Of a stretch of 32,000 nucleotides of DNA, positions 1 through 11,302 are shown piece by piece. The first letter of the stretch is position 1, and the number at the start of each line of letters is the position of its first letter. The notes below the pieces were generated by a model. That model was not told the origin of the DNA. It saw nothing but the letters and a program-made list of their open reading frames with translations, and did not search any database. Made by a program: the position numbers and the translations under genes. The DNA is taken from NCBI RefSeq assembly GCF_000008625.1, contig NC_000918.1, forward strand, positions 570,001 to 602,000. Reading direction: 5' to 3'. Origin of the DNA: Aquifex aeolicus VF5. GTDB lineage: Bacteria > Aquificota > Aquificia > Aquificales > Aquificaceae.

Positions 1-885
<885 letters not shown>

Positions 886-905
886 CCGGCGGGAGGAGGT
901 ACAGG

Positions 906-928
906 CTTTATTCTGTTGACAAGGAGCC
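906..928 (-). promoter_or_regulatory. boxA-like antitermination element in the tRNA-Ala/23S spacer
   Basis: Minus strand GGCTCCTTGTCAACAGAATAAAG matches the copy in the 16S leader at 20 of 23 positions and resembles the bacterial boxA consensus (TGCTCTTTAACAA). Confidence 0.5.
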
Positions 929-931
929 AAG

Positions 932-1004
932 TGGAGGTGGTGGGACTCGAACCCACGACCTCCTGCTTGCAAAGCAGGCGCTCTCCCAGCTGAGCTACAC
1001 CCCC
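932..1004 (-). tRNA. tRNA-Ala(TGC)
   Basis: Minus strand GGGGGTGTAGCTCAGCTGGGAGAGCGCCTGCTTTGCAAGCAGGAGGTCGTGGGTTCGAGTCCCACCACCTCCA. Cloverleaf with 7-bp acceptor stem and TGC anticodon. 3' CCA not encoded. Confidence 0.97.
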
Positions 1005-1020
1005 GAAGGTGCCCCTAATA

Positions 1021-1094
1021 TGGGCCTCCCAGGACTCGAACCTGGGACCTTGCCCTTATCAGGGGCACGCTCTAACCAGCTGAGCTAGAGGCCC
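1021..1094 (-). tRNA. tRNA-Ile(GAT)
   Basis: Minus strand begins GGGCCTCTAGCTCAGCTGG, has GAT anticodon in CCCTGATAAGG and ends GAGGCCCA. Standard 16S-23S spacer tRNA. 3' CCA not encoded. Confidence 0.97.
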
Positions 1095-1109
1095 TGCTTT
1101 GCAAGGGGA

Positions 1110-1144
1110 GCAACTGAGTAGAGGGTGAGCCTCTCCTCCTTTTA
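1110..1144 (-). repeat. 3' arm of long inverted repeat flanking 16S (processing stem)
   Basis: GCAACTGAGTAGAGGGTGAGCCTCTCCTCCTTTTA is the reverse complement of 2847-2881 at 33 of 35 positions. Confidence 0.85.
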
Positions 1145-1199
1145 TATGCACTAGACAGGGATGAGCTCCCCTTTTGTGGGGAGCTTTTGTCTCCGTTAT

Positions 1200-2785
<1,586 letters not shown>

Positions 2786-2846
2786 TAGGCGCAAGCGATT
2801 TATGGGGAACCAGAAATTGGGATCACCTGATGCTGGACCCCACTGA

Positions 2847-2881
2847 TTAAAGGAGGAGAGGCTCACCCTCTATTCAGTTGC
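2847..2881 (-). repeat. 5' arm of long inverted repeat flanking 16S (processing stem)
   Basis: TTAAAGGAGGAGAGGCTCACCCTCTATTCAGTTGC is complementary to 1110-1144. Confidence 0.85.
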
Positions 2882-2890
2882 CAAGGAGCC
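2868..2890 (-). promoter_or_regulatory. boxA-like antitermination element in the 16S leader
   Basis: Minus strand GGCTCCTTGGCAACTGAATAGAG. Second near-identical copy at 906-928. Confidence 0.5.
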
Positions 2891-2926
2891 TAGGTGGGGC
2901 GTTATTGCCCCGGACACGAAATTTTA

Positions 2927-2954
2927 ATTATAAACATCTTTCACAAAATGTCAA
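2927..2954 (-). promoter_or_regulatory. rRNA operon promoter (sigma70-type)
   Basis: Minus strand TTGACA (2954-2949), 16-nt spacer, TATAAT (2932-2927), upstream of the 16S leader. Confidence 0.85.
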
Positions 2955-3049
2955 GACTTTTTAGCTGCCTTTCTTCAGGTTAATCACCTGTGACATCTCC
3001 TTATTCTATATCCACTCCTACCCCTAGTCAAGAGGTAAATTAATTTCCT

Positions 3050-3706
3050 ATGAAAAAACACGATGGAATAATTGTCCTGCTTTCAGGCGGAATGGACAGT
3101 GCAACGTTACTTTGGCTTGCAAAAAGGGAGTTTAAAAAGGTATACGCTATTTCCTTTGATTACGGTCAAAGGCATAAAGTTGAACTTAAATACGCAAAGG
3201 AACTTGCTAAACTTGCAGAGGTGGAAGATCACTTTATAGTTCAGGTGCCGTTTTATACCTCGCTTAAAGGCTCTGCTTTAATAGACGAGAGTGTTGAAGT
3301 TCCGAAAGGAGAGTACCCTGAAAACGAACCTCCTGTGACCACCGTTCCCATGAGGAATTTGATTTTTCTCTCAATTGCCTCCGCTTTTGCGGACAACCTA
3401 GAGGTAAATTACATAGGGATAGGTGTTCACGCCCTTGATACACCTTATCCAGATTGCAGACCTGAGTTTATAACCGCTGCGGAAGCAGCCATTAACGCAG
3501 GTTCTACTTTTGTTGCAAAGAAAAAGGAGAGAATGCACGTTTACGCTCCCTTTTTGGGTATGAGTAAAAGGGATATAGCACTCCTTGGGAAGGAACTTGG
3601 TGTTCCCTTTGAGAAGACTTACTCCTGCTATATGGGAACTGAACCACCCTGCGGAGAGTGTCCCACGTGTATACAGCGGGAGGAAGCTCTAAGGGGAATC
3701 CTCTAA
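3050..3706 (+). CDS. queC: 7-cyano-7-deazaguanine synthase (QueC)
   Basis: 218 aa. PP-loop SGGMDSATLLW, 'GVHALDTPYPDCRPEF', C-terminal Cys cluster CYMGTEPPCGECPTCIQREEAL. Confidence 0.93.
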   Translation: MKKHDGIIVLLSGGMDSATLLWLAKREFKKVYAISFDYGQRHKVELKYAKELAKLAEVEDHFIVQVPFYTSLKGSALIDESVEVPKGEYPENEPPVTTVPMRNLIFLSIASAFADNLEVNYIGIGVHALDTPYPDCRPEFITAAEAAINAGSTFVAKKKERMHVYAPFLGMSKRDIALLGKELGVPFEKTYSCYMGTEPPCGECPTCIQREEALRGIL

Positions 3707-4444
3707 GTACTTTATGCTTTTCATTACTTTGTAATTTGTAAGGTCAAGGTGCAGGGGTGTGACGGAAACGTATCCATTCAAAACTGCCCAGTAGTCTGTC
3801 CCTTCTTCCGCGTGCCAGCCGAATTCTTCAGCCGCGATCCAGTAAAAGGGCTTACCGTATGGGTCTATGTACTTAAAAACCCTTTCTTTGTAAGCCCTTT
3901 TTCCCTGCCTCGTTACTTTTATGCCCTTTATCTCTTCGTACCTGAGGTTAGGGATGTTTACGTTGAGGTATGTATCTTCGGGTATACCTTCGTTTAGGAC
4001 TTTCTTAACTATGTCCACGCACACTTTTGCTATTTCTTCGAACATTATATTTTCTCTGCCAAAAGCAGAAAAGGCTATAGAAGGTATTCCCAGTATCCTT
4101 CCTTCCATTGCTCCCGAAACAGTTCCGGAGTAAGTTATATCTTCTCCGAGGTTAGGTCCTTCGTTTATTCCCGAAAGTACAAGATCGGGTTTCTTTTCTT
4201 CAAGGATAACTCTGTAACCAAGGTGAACGCAGTCCGCAGGAGTTCCGTCTATAACGGTGTAAAAATCCGTGTCTATTTTCCTCATCTTCAGGGGTTCCGT
4301 AAAGGTGAGGGAGTGTCCAACGCCGCTTAAGTTCCTGTCGGGAGCGACTACAACTACTCTCCCAAGGGATTTCAAAGCTTCCCTGAGGGCGTTTATTCCG
4401 GGAGAAAAGTAACCATCGTCGTTTACCAATAAAAACGTAGGCAT
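3689..4444 (-). CDS. surE: 5'/3'-nucleotidase SurE
   Basis: MPTFLLVNDDGYFSPGINALREAL...VVAPDRNLSGVGHSLT...GTPADCVHLG...SGINEGPNLGEDITYSGTVSGAMEG. Confidence 0.95.
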   Translation of the reverse strand: MPTFLLVNDDGYFSPGINALREALKSLGRVVVVAPDRNLSGVGHSLTFTEPLKMRKIDTDFYTVIDGTPADCVHLGYRVILEEKKPDLVLSGINEGPNLGEDITYSGTVSGAMEGRILGIPSIAFSAFGRENIMFEEIAKVCVDIVKKVLNEGIPEDTYLNVNIPNLRYEEIKGIKVTRQGKRAYKERVFKYIDPYGKPFYWIAAEEFGWHAEEGTDYWAVLNGYVSVTPLHLDLTNYKVMKSIKYLEDSP

Positions 4445-4447
4445 AAT

Positions 4448-5119
4448 TCACCTAAGTATTTTAACCGTTCCCTCACCTATTATTTTCCCTCGTATCACCT
4501 TTCTGGAAAAGGGAGAAAGGACTCTGATAACTTCTCCGTAATACCCGTTTTCTAAAGCTTTCGTTCTGAACCTGATAACTACGTTTCCGTTTTCATACAC
4601 AGCGTTTACTATCTCACCTCTTTTAACCAGAAATTCCTTTTTCAGGTAGGATCTTCTTACAATTGTCCCTTTTTTTATCTCCTTTAAAGCTACAAAGTTT
4701 ACGAAGTTTTCCTTAAAATTTTGGGGACATCTTTCCAGATAAATTTCTCTCTCTTCTACGTTTGAAAAGTTCAGTCTTTCTCCAGGATATATATCCCTTT
4801 TCGCTACGAGCACCCTGCACTTCCACTCAAGTTCTAAGGCTATCGTTCCAACCTTTGTGTTTTTGAGGTGAAGAAATCCTCTTGGAGAATTTTTGTAAAC
4901 TTTGAGTTCTACTTTTGAAAAGTTATCAGGTATTCCCGTGAGAACTTTATAATTTTTCAGCCTAACTTCTTCACCAAACTCCTTTCTTAATTCATTTTTT
5001 ATCAGGCTTTCTAAGTCAAGGGAGAAAGTAAATAGAAAGAAAAGGAAATTAACGGCGTAAATTAGCCGCTTGAGAGAGCATTTCATCCGCCGCCTGTATT
5101 CCCTTGGTGTTGAACTCAT
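4448..5119 (-). CDS. flgA: flagella basal body P-ring formation protein FlgA
   Basis: SAF-type C-terminal half ([18 protein letters not shown]... [18 protein letters not shown]... [25 protein letters not shown]), N-terminal hydrophobic signal, directly downstream of flgG. The true start is probably the internal Met near 5086. Confidence 0.78.
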   Translation of the reverse strand: MSSTPREYRRRMKCSLKRLIYAVNFLFFLFTFSLDLESLIKNELRKEFGEEVRLKNYKVLTGIPDNFSKVELKVYKNSPRGFLHLKNTKVGTIALELEWKCRVLVAKRDIYPGERLNFSNVEEREIYLERCPQNFKENFVNFVALKEIKKGTIVRRSYLKKEFLVKRGEIVNAVYENGNVVIRFRTKALENGYYGEVIRVLSPFSRKVIRGKIIGEGTVKILR

Positions 5120-5843
5120 AGGCTCTTTGGGCTATTATGAGGTTCACCATTTCTTCAACTATGTTGACGTTTGAACTTTCCAGATATCCCTGTAGCAGCG
5201 TTCCGAGTCCTTGATTTCCGGGATTGTCTATTATGGGCTCTCCCGAGGCTGTAGTTTGAATGTAGAGATTATTCCCTATTCTTCTTAAACCCGCGGGGTT
5301 TACGAACTTTGCGAGTTCTATCCTTCCCACTTCTTCAACTTCCGTTGCTCCTTGTCTTAAAACCGAAACAGTTCCGTCCGCGGCTATGCTTACACTTATT
5401 GCGTCCGCGGGAATGGTTATCTCAGGGTCTAAGGGGTATCCGTCGCTGTTCACTATCCTACCTTCTGAGTCTAATCTGAACTGTCCGTTCCTCGTGTAGG
5501 CTATCGTTCCGTCCGGAAGAACGATTTTAAAGAAACCGTCTCCCTGAATGGCTATATCGAGCTGATTGTCTGTTTTCGTGAGGTTTCCTTGAGTGAATAT
5601 ACCGTAAGTATCAGAGACATAAGTTCCTAAACCTATCTGGAAACCGGAGGGGCTTCTCGTCGTTGGAGAAGTAGGTGCACCTGGCTCTTCTACCGTTTGG
5701 TAGAGAAGGTCCTGAAAGGTAGCACGCATTTTCTTGTAGCCCACGGTATTTACGTTTGCCATGTTGTGGGAAATGACGTCAAGGTTTGTCTGCTGAGCCG
5801 TCATTCCGGAAGCTGAGGTCCAGAGAGCTCTAAACATAACCAC
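5049..5843 (-). CDS. flgG: flagellar basal-body rod protein FlgG
   Basis: [34 protein letters not shown]... and C-terminal [38 protein letters not shown]. Confidence 0.95.
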   Translation of the reverse strand: MVMFRALWTSASGMTAQQTNLDVISHNMANVNTVGYKKMRATFQDLLYQTVEEPGAPTSPTTRSPSGFQIGLGTYVSDTYGIFTQGNLTKTDNQLDIAIQGDGFFKIVLPDGTIAYTRNGQFRLDSEGRIVNSDGYPLDPEITIPADAISVSIAADGTVSVLRQGATEVEEVGRIELAKFVNPAGLRRIGNNLYIQTTASGEPIIDNPGNQGLGTLLQGYLESSNVNIVEEMVNLIIAQRAYEFNTKGIQAADEMLSQAANLRR

Positions 5844-5880
5844 CTCCCTCTAGGTACTTATTTTAAAATTTAAGCTTAAC

Positions 5881-7305
5881 ATGAAAGTTGTAATAGTAGG
5901 AAACGGTCCCGCAGCTGCAAGCGCAGTGGAAGCCTTCAGAAAGGTAGACAGAGACAGTGAGATTATAATCCTTTCCGACGAAGAGTTCCCAACCTACGCT
6001 CCAAACTGCATGGAAAACGTGATAAGGGACGACATATCAAAGGAAGCTCTCTTTTACAAAGGCGGAGAAAAGTTCTACGAAAAGTACAGGGTTGATTTCA
6101 GGCCGAAAACCGAGGTTGTAGGCATAGATAACAAAAGGAAAGTAGTTATCACTAAAAAAGGAGAGGAAATATCCTACGATAAATGTTTGCTCGCCGCTGG
6201 AGCTTACTCCTTTATCCCTCCCATAGACGGGGTTGACTTGGAAAGGGTCACGACCGCTAAAAACCTTTACGACGCTTACAAGATAAGGAGCTGGATACTT
6301 TCAGGAAAAATAACAAAAGCTGTAATAATAGGTGCGGGGCCCATAGGCATAGAGGATGCGGAAACACTCAGACACATGGGGATAGACGTTACAGTAATAG
6401 AGGTCTTTGACAGGATACTCCCGAGGATGCTGGACCGCCAGATGGGAAAGCTGTACCAAAAGCCTCTAGAAGAGGAAGGTATTGAATTCCTGCTTGAACA
6501 TCAGGTGGTAGCAATACACGGAAAGAATGGAGAAGTTGAAGCGGTAGAGGTAAAAAAGAGGGGAACGGATAAGACCTTTTTCATAAAAACGGATATGGTA
6601 ATAATTTCCACCGGAGTAAGACCGAGGACTTACCTCGTTGAAGGAACGGACATTGAAATACACATGGACAAAAAGCTCAACAAACCAATAGGCGGTATTC
6701 TGGTGAACGAGTATCAGCAAACGAGCGACCCGGACGTTTACGCCGCGGGAGACATAGCCTCAGGAGTGGACATGTGGGGAAACCACAGGTGGATAGCCCT
6801 TTTCCCTCCTGCACAGCAAGCCGGGTACGTGGCGGGCTTTAATATGGCTGGACTAAAAGTAAGGAATAACGGTCTGGTTGATTACAACGCAGTAAAGACC
6901 CGTTCCGTAACTGCCGGAAGCGGAGGATTGTTTGAAGACGCGGACGAGAGCTTCTTTCTCGAGTATAAAGAATACCTCGTAAAAGTTTTCCTAAAAGACG
7001 GAAAAGTAAGGGGATACCAGTTCGTAGGAGTGCCAAAGTATCCAAAACTCAATCCTAGAAATCCTTTAATAAGAGTTTTAAACAAGATAAATACGTGGGA
7101 GGAAAAGGTTTTATTGGATAAAGGGCTCGGTTTGGAGGCTTCAGGAGCTCTCTTTCACTTCTTTGTAAAGTTAAACAGGGAGTTCAAGGAAGTTCACAGA
7201 AGATTGGTGGAAGAAATGTTCGTGAGGGCGATGGCAAACCCCTCACGAGAAATACCACTTTTCACAGTACAGGAAGGAGAAGTCCTAAAAACAGTAGGAA
7301 AGTAA
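5881..7305 (+). CDS. FAD-dependent pyridine nucleotide-disulfide oxidoreductase (NADH oxidase-like)
   Basis: KVVIVGNGPAAASAVEAF, AVIIGAGPIGIEDAETLRHMGIDVTVIE, DVYAAGDIASG motifs. 474 aa. Exact substrate not inferable. Confidence 0.8.
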   Translation: MKVVIVGNGPAAASAVEAFRKVDRDSEIIILSDEEFPTYAPNCMENVIRDDISKEALFYKGGEKFYEKYRVDFRPKTEVVGIDNKRKVVITKKGEEISYDKCLLAAGAYSFIPPIDGVDLERVTTAKNLYDAYKIRSWILSGKITKAVIIGAGPIGIEDAETLRHMGIDVTVIEVFDRILPRMLDRQMGKLYQKPLEEEGIEFLLEHQVVAIHGKNGEVEAVEVKKRGTDKTFFIKTDMVIISTGVRPRTYLVEGTDIEIHMDKKLNKPIGGILVNEYQQTSDPDVYAAGDIASGVDMWGNHRWIALFPPAQQAGYVAGFNMAGLKVRNNGLVDYNAVKTRSVTAGSGGLFEDADESFFLEYKEYLVKVFLKDGKVRGYQFVGVPKYPKLNPRNPLIRVLNKINTWEEKVLLDKGLGLEASGALFHFFVKLNREFKEVHRRLVEEMFVRAMANPSREIPLFTVQEGEVLKTVGK

Positions 7306-7960
7306 GGGGAAACACCTCGGAAAAGTCCAGATCTTCGTACTTTGGTGCTTCTGCCTTCTCTTCAAAGAATACGGGGGAGAACATCTTAAATCCTACCCAG
7401 AGCCACACGAGCCACTCAATTAAGAGTATAGGGGTGAGAATTAGATTTCCTTTAAATACACCGTAAAGGGTGAAAAAGGCGTAAGCGGGTGCTATTACGA
7501 GTGAGGAAACGAGCGCCACGAAGGCAAGCGTTCCCAGAACAGGAAGATAAGTAGCTATACCTTTAAATTCCTCAACCTCAGGTTTAGCGCCTTGATTCTT
7601 CATGTGGAGGATTAAAAAGTGAATCACCGTCAGGGGAATTGCGAACGCTGAAATGAAGAAGAGCATCTTTTCGGGATGAAGCCACGAGAGTGACGCCACT
7701 GCTATGTAGTAGGTGAGCAACCATTCTTCGTAATTCTGAACTCTAAAGAGCCTGTAAGTATATGCGATGGATGTGAGAACGGCGAGTAGTATCAGGAGTG
7801 TTCCTGCTTTTCCAACCCCAAGGGCTCCTACAAGGACACCTAAAAGAACGAGAACAGGGAAGAAGTAGTTTCTGCAACTTTTACAGTTTTCAAAGACGTA
7901 ATCAACTACGAAACTGAAGGGGATAATCGGAACAAAAAACACACCGAGGAGTTTTATCAT
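7262..7960 (-). CDS. polytopic membrane protein of unknown function
   Basis: 232 aa with many hydrophobic segments. Long open frame converging on and overlapping the 3' end of the preceding CDS. Confidence 0.7.
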   Translation of the reverse strand: MIKLLGVFFVPIIPFSFVVDYVFENCKSCRNYFFPVLVLLGVLVGALGVGKAGTLLILLAVLTSIAYTYRLFRVQNYEEWLLTYYIAVASLSWLHPEKMLFFISAFAIPLTVIHFLILHMKNQGAKPEVEEFKGIATYLPVLGTLAFVALVSSLVIAPAYAFFTLYGVFKGNLILTPILLIEWLVWLWVGFKMFSPVFFEEKAEAPKYEDLDFSEVFPLTFLLFLGLLLPVL

Positions 7961-8039
7961 TCCCTTGCCTCCTTTGAGGTTTATAACGTTTTTTATTATA
8001 CTTGACCCAAAAGTTCCAAAAACCTTACCTTAATACATT

Positions 8040-9707
8040 ATGAAATTCAGGAGTGATAAGGTAAAAAAAGGAATAGAAAGGGCTCCTCACAGGGCGCTTT
8101 TGAGGGCCTGCGGACTTTCTGATGAGGACTTTGACAAGCCACTTATAGGGATAGCAAACTCATACATAGACATAATTCCGGGGCACGTTCACCTGAGGGA
8201 GTTCGTAGAACCTATAAAGGAAGAAGTCAGGAAACTGGGCGGAGTTCCTATAGAGTTCAACGTAATCGGAGTTGACGACGGAATAGCCATGGGACACGAA
8301 GGTATGCATTACTCCCTCCCCTCCAGAGAACTCATAGCTGACAGCATAGAAACGGTTGTAAACGCGCACCAGCTGGACGCACTCATATGCATTCCCAATT
8401 GTGACAAAATAGTTCCGGGAATGCTCATGGGAGCTTTGAGGGTAAACGTCCCCACCGTTTTCATAAGCGGGGGACCCATGCTCGCGGGAGAGGTAAACGG
8501 TCAAAAGGTGGATCTCATCAGCGTCTTTGAAGGTATAGGTAAGGTAAAGAGGGGAGAGATTTCAGAGCAGGAACTAAAAGTTATAGAAGCATCCGCCTGT
8601 CCCACATGCGGTAGCTGTTCTGGAATGTTTACTGCAAATTCTATGAACTGCTTAACGGAAGTACTCGGTCTTGCACTTCCCGGAAACGGAACTATCCTCG
8701 CCATAGACCCGAGGCGTGAAATACTGGCGAGAAACGCGGTAAAAGCCCTCTTTGAACTTCTAGAAAAGGATGTAAAACCGAGGGATATAGTCACGGAAGA
8801 AGCCCTGGACGACGCCTTCACCGTGGACATAGCGATGGGAGGCTCTTCAAACACCATACTTCACTTACTTGCGATCGCGAGGGAGGCCGGAATAGAGTAC
8901 AACCTTGCCAAGATAAACGAGATATCTAAGAGAACACCCACTATATGTAAGATTTCACCCGCATCACACTACCACATTGAGGATCTAGATCGCGTTGGTG
9001 GAATACCCACTATTATGAAGGAGCTCTCAAAACTCGGACTCCTTCACACGGAAAGGAAAACCGTAAGCGGTAAAACGATAGGGGAAATAATAAGCGATGC
9101 TCCGGACGCCGACGGCGAGGTAGTGAGAACCATTGAGAACCCTTATTCCAAGGACGGAGGTATAGCAATACTCTTTGGAAACCTCGCCCCCGAGGGAGCT
9201 GTTGTAAAGACCGCGGGAGTTGATCCCAAGATGCTCACCTTTAAGGGTAAAGCCATATGCTTTGATTCGGAAGAGGAGGCTATAGAGGGAATTCTCGGAG
9301 GAAAGGTAAAGCCCGGACACGTGGTCGTGATAAGGTACGAGGGGCCTAAGGGAGGGCCCGGTATGAGGGAGATGCTCTCACCCACTTCCGCAATAATGGG
9401 AATGGGACTGGGAGACAAAGTGGCACTCATTACGGATGGAAGGTTCTCCGGCGGAACGAGAGGGGCGTGCGTGGGACACATTTCTCCCGAAGCGGCGGCA
9501 GGAGGACCGATAGGAATAGTAAAAGACGGAGACGAGATATTAATAGATATACCGAACAGAAGGATAGAGCTCCTGATTTCCGAAGAAGAGTTCAATGAAA
9601 GGATGAAGAACTTCAAACCTAAGCAAAAGGAGATAAAGAGTTCCTGGCTAAGGCGGTACGCAAAACTCGTGACTTCCGCCTCAAAAGGTGCTATCCTCGA
9701 GGCTTAA
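8040..9707 (+). CDS. ilvD: dihydroxy-acid dehydratase
   Basis: [87 protein letters not shown]. Confidence 0.97.
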   Translation: MKFRSDKVKKGIERAPHRALLRACGLSDEDFDKPLIGIANSYIDIIPGHVHLREFVEPIKEEVRKLGGVPIEFNVIGVDDGIAMGHEGMHYSLPSRELIADSIETVVNAHQLDALICIPNCDKIVPGMLMGALRVNVPTVFISGGPMLAGEVNGQKVDLISVFEGIGKVKRGEISEQELKVIEASACPTCGSCSGMFTANSMNCLTEVLGLALPGNGTILAIDPRREILARNAVKALFELLEKDVKPRDIVTEEALDDAFTVDIAMGGSSNTILHLLAIAREAGIEYNLAKINEISKRTPTICKISPASHYHIEDLDRVGGIPTIMKELSKLGLLHTERKTVSGKTIGEIISDAPDADGEVVRTIENPYSKDGGIAILFGNLAPEGAVVKTAGVDPKMLTFKGKAICFDSEEEAIEGILGGKVKPGHVVVIRYEGPKGGPGMREMLSPTSAIMGMGLGDKVALITDGRFSGGTRGACVGHISPEAAAGGPIGIVKDGDEILIDIPNRRIELLISEEEFNERMKNFKPKQKEIKSSWLRRYAKLVTSASKGAILEA

Positions 9708-10882
9708 CCCTGTTTCTTTTTTTCCAAAAACTCCTTCTGTTTCTCCTTTAGTTCTTCCATTTTTTTCATTACTTCTTCAAAGGAAAGGTTTGTCCTGAAG
9801 CCGTCACCTACAAAGTGTGTCCTCACTCCGTTGAAGAACTTTACCGCTATCCTTATAGGGGGCTGAGCCGGAAGTTTTACCTTTTCGGCGAGTTTTGAGA
9901 GGACGTAGAATCCCACCGTCTGGAGCTGTGACTCCTCCTTTATGAGCTTTAGAATCCTCTTTGTTTCCTTTTCTATCTCTTCCCTCTTTTGGGCTTCTTC
10001 GTAAAGGAAGTTCGTAAACTCCTCGTCCCACAGTTTTCCTATCCAGAGGGGTCCTCCTATGTGGAACTTTGAACCGCAGTGAGGACATTTCTCTTTGAAC
10101 TTGTAAAGGTCTGTAACCACTTCCCTGTTCATACAGTTAAAGCAGTACTGAATGTATCCGAACTGCTCAATTAATTTATCAACCTTTTCCACTCCCCTCT
10201 CTTTGACAAAAAAGAGTTTGAAGTAGTGCAGGTGAGAGTAGGCGAATATGGGTATCATAGCTATGTCGTACTGTGCCGCAAGCTCTATAACCTTCTTTAT
10301 TAATATCCTTATTCCCACCTCGTGCTTGAATTCGTTCCTGAGCGGTCTTGCCATGTACCTCCTCATACAGGTTTTTGGGTATGTTCCGGAGAGCGGTGCC
10401 GTGTCTGTAGCGGTTAAGCTCAAGATACCTCCCCTCTTCATGGAAAGGGCAACGCTTTCTATAAAGGGAACGGGTGTTCCGAAGGGATCGAGATCCACGT
10501 AATCGAACCCAAAACCCCACTCCTTCCTCAGGAAAAAGTTCGCCTCCATCCCGTGTATCTCGTACCTGTCTTCAGGTATGTTGTTTAGCTTGAAGTTTTC
10601 CTTCATTATCTCTATCGCCTTTGAGCTTATGTCGTTTGCGTAGGCTTTTTCAACGCATGAAGTTTCAAGTAAAAACCTTATAGCCCTTATACCGCTTGCG
10701 GATAATGGATCCGCTACTTTTACCGGTCTTCCTAGTTTTTTGCAGAGGTATTCGAGTCCCAGAACCGCGAGATCCCTGTTTACCCTCATTCTGGGGTTGT
10801 AAAAAACGGGCATGTCTGAGCTTACCGTTTTGGGGATTTCGGGTACGATTATCTTAGCTATTCCTTCCTGAACGATTTCCAT
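9704..10882 (-). CDS. trm1: tRNA (guanine26-N2)-dimethyltransferase, Trm1 family
   Basis: [37 protein letters not shown]..., [31 protein letters not shown], Cys4 element CFNCMN...[15 protein letters not shown]. Start set at the internal Met of the 9704..10900 ORF. Confidence 0.92.
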
Positions 10883-10900
10883 AAGGAAAAATATTAACAA

Positions 10901-11302
10901 ATGGAGCTCTTGAAAGAAGTAATCCTTGAAAGTGAAGAGGATACATACAAACTTGCAGAAGAGATCGCACAGCTTTTAAAGGGAAGCGAGGTAATATGTC
11001 TCAGGGGAACTTTGGGAGCGGGAAAGACTACTTTTGTAAAAGCTCTGGCAAAGGCTTTGAAGGTAAAAAACCCGAGTGCAGTAAGGAGTCCCACCTTTAC
11101 ACTCGTCAACGAGTACGAAACGGATAAGGGAAAACTGATACATATAGACCTCTACAGAGTTCCCGATTTTGACTACTCCGAATTTATAGGAGAGGGTATC
11201 TTAGCCGTTGAGTGGGAGGAGAGGGACAAACCCTGCGATATTATTCTGGAAATAGAGATATTAGATGAAAATAAAAGAAAGGTAAGGATTTACAGAAAAT
11301 GA
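10901..11302 (+). CDS. tsaE: tRNA threonylcarbamoyladenosine biosynthesis ATPase TsaE
   Basis: Walker A RGTLGAGKTTFVKALAKAL, SPTFTLVNEYE, HIDLYRV, EWEE. Confidence 0.93.
   Translation: MELLKEVILESEEDTYKLAEEIAQLLKGSEVICLRGTLGAGKTTFVKALAKALKVKNPSAVRSPTFTLVNEYETDKGKLIHIDLYRVPDFDYSEFIGEGILAVEWEERDKPCDIILEIEILDENKRKVRIYRK

Noticed and set aside
8160-8857. Minus-strand ORFs of 114 and 118 aa inside ilvD
   Set aside because: Antisense shadows with no recognisable domain.
9143-9616. 157-aa and similar minus-strand ORFs inside ilvD
   Set aside because: They are shadow ORFs opposite a fully conserved dihydroxy-acid dehydratase.
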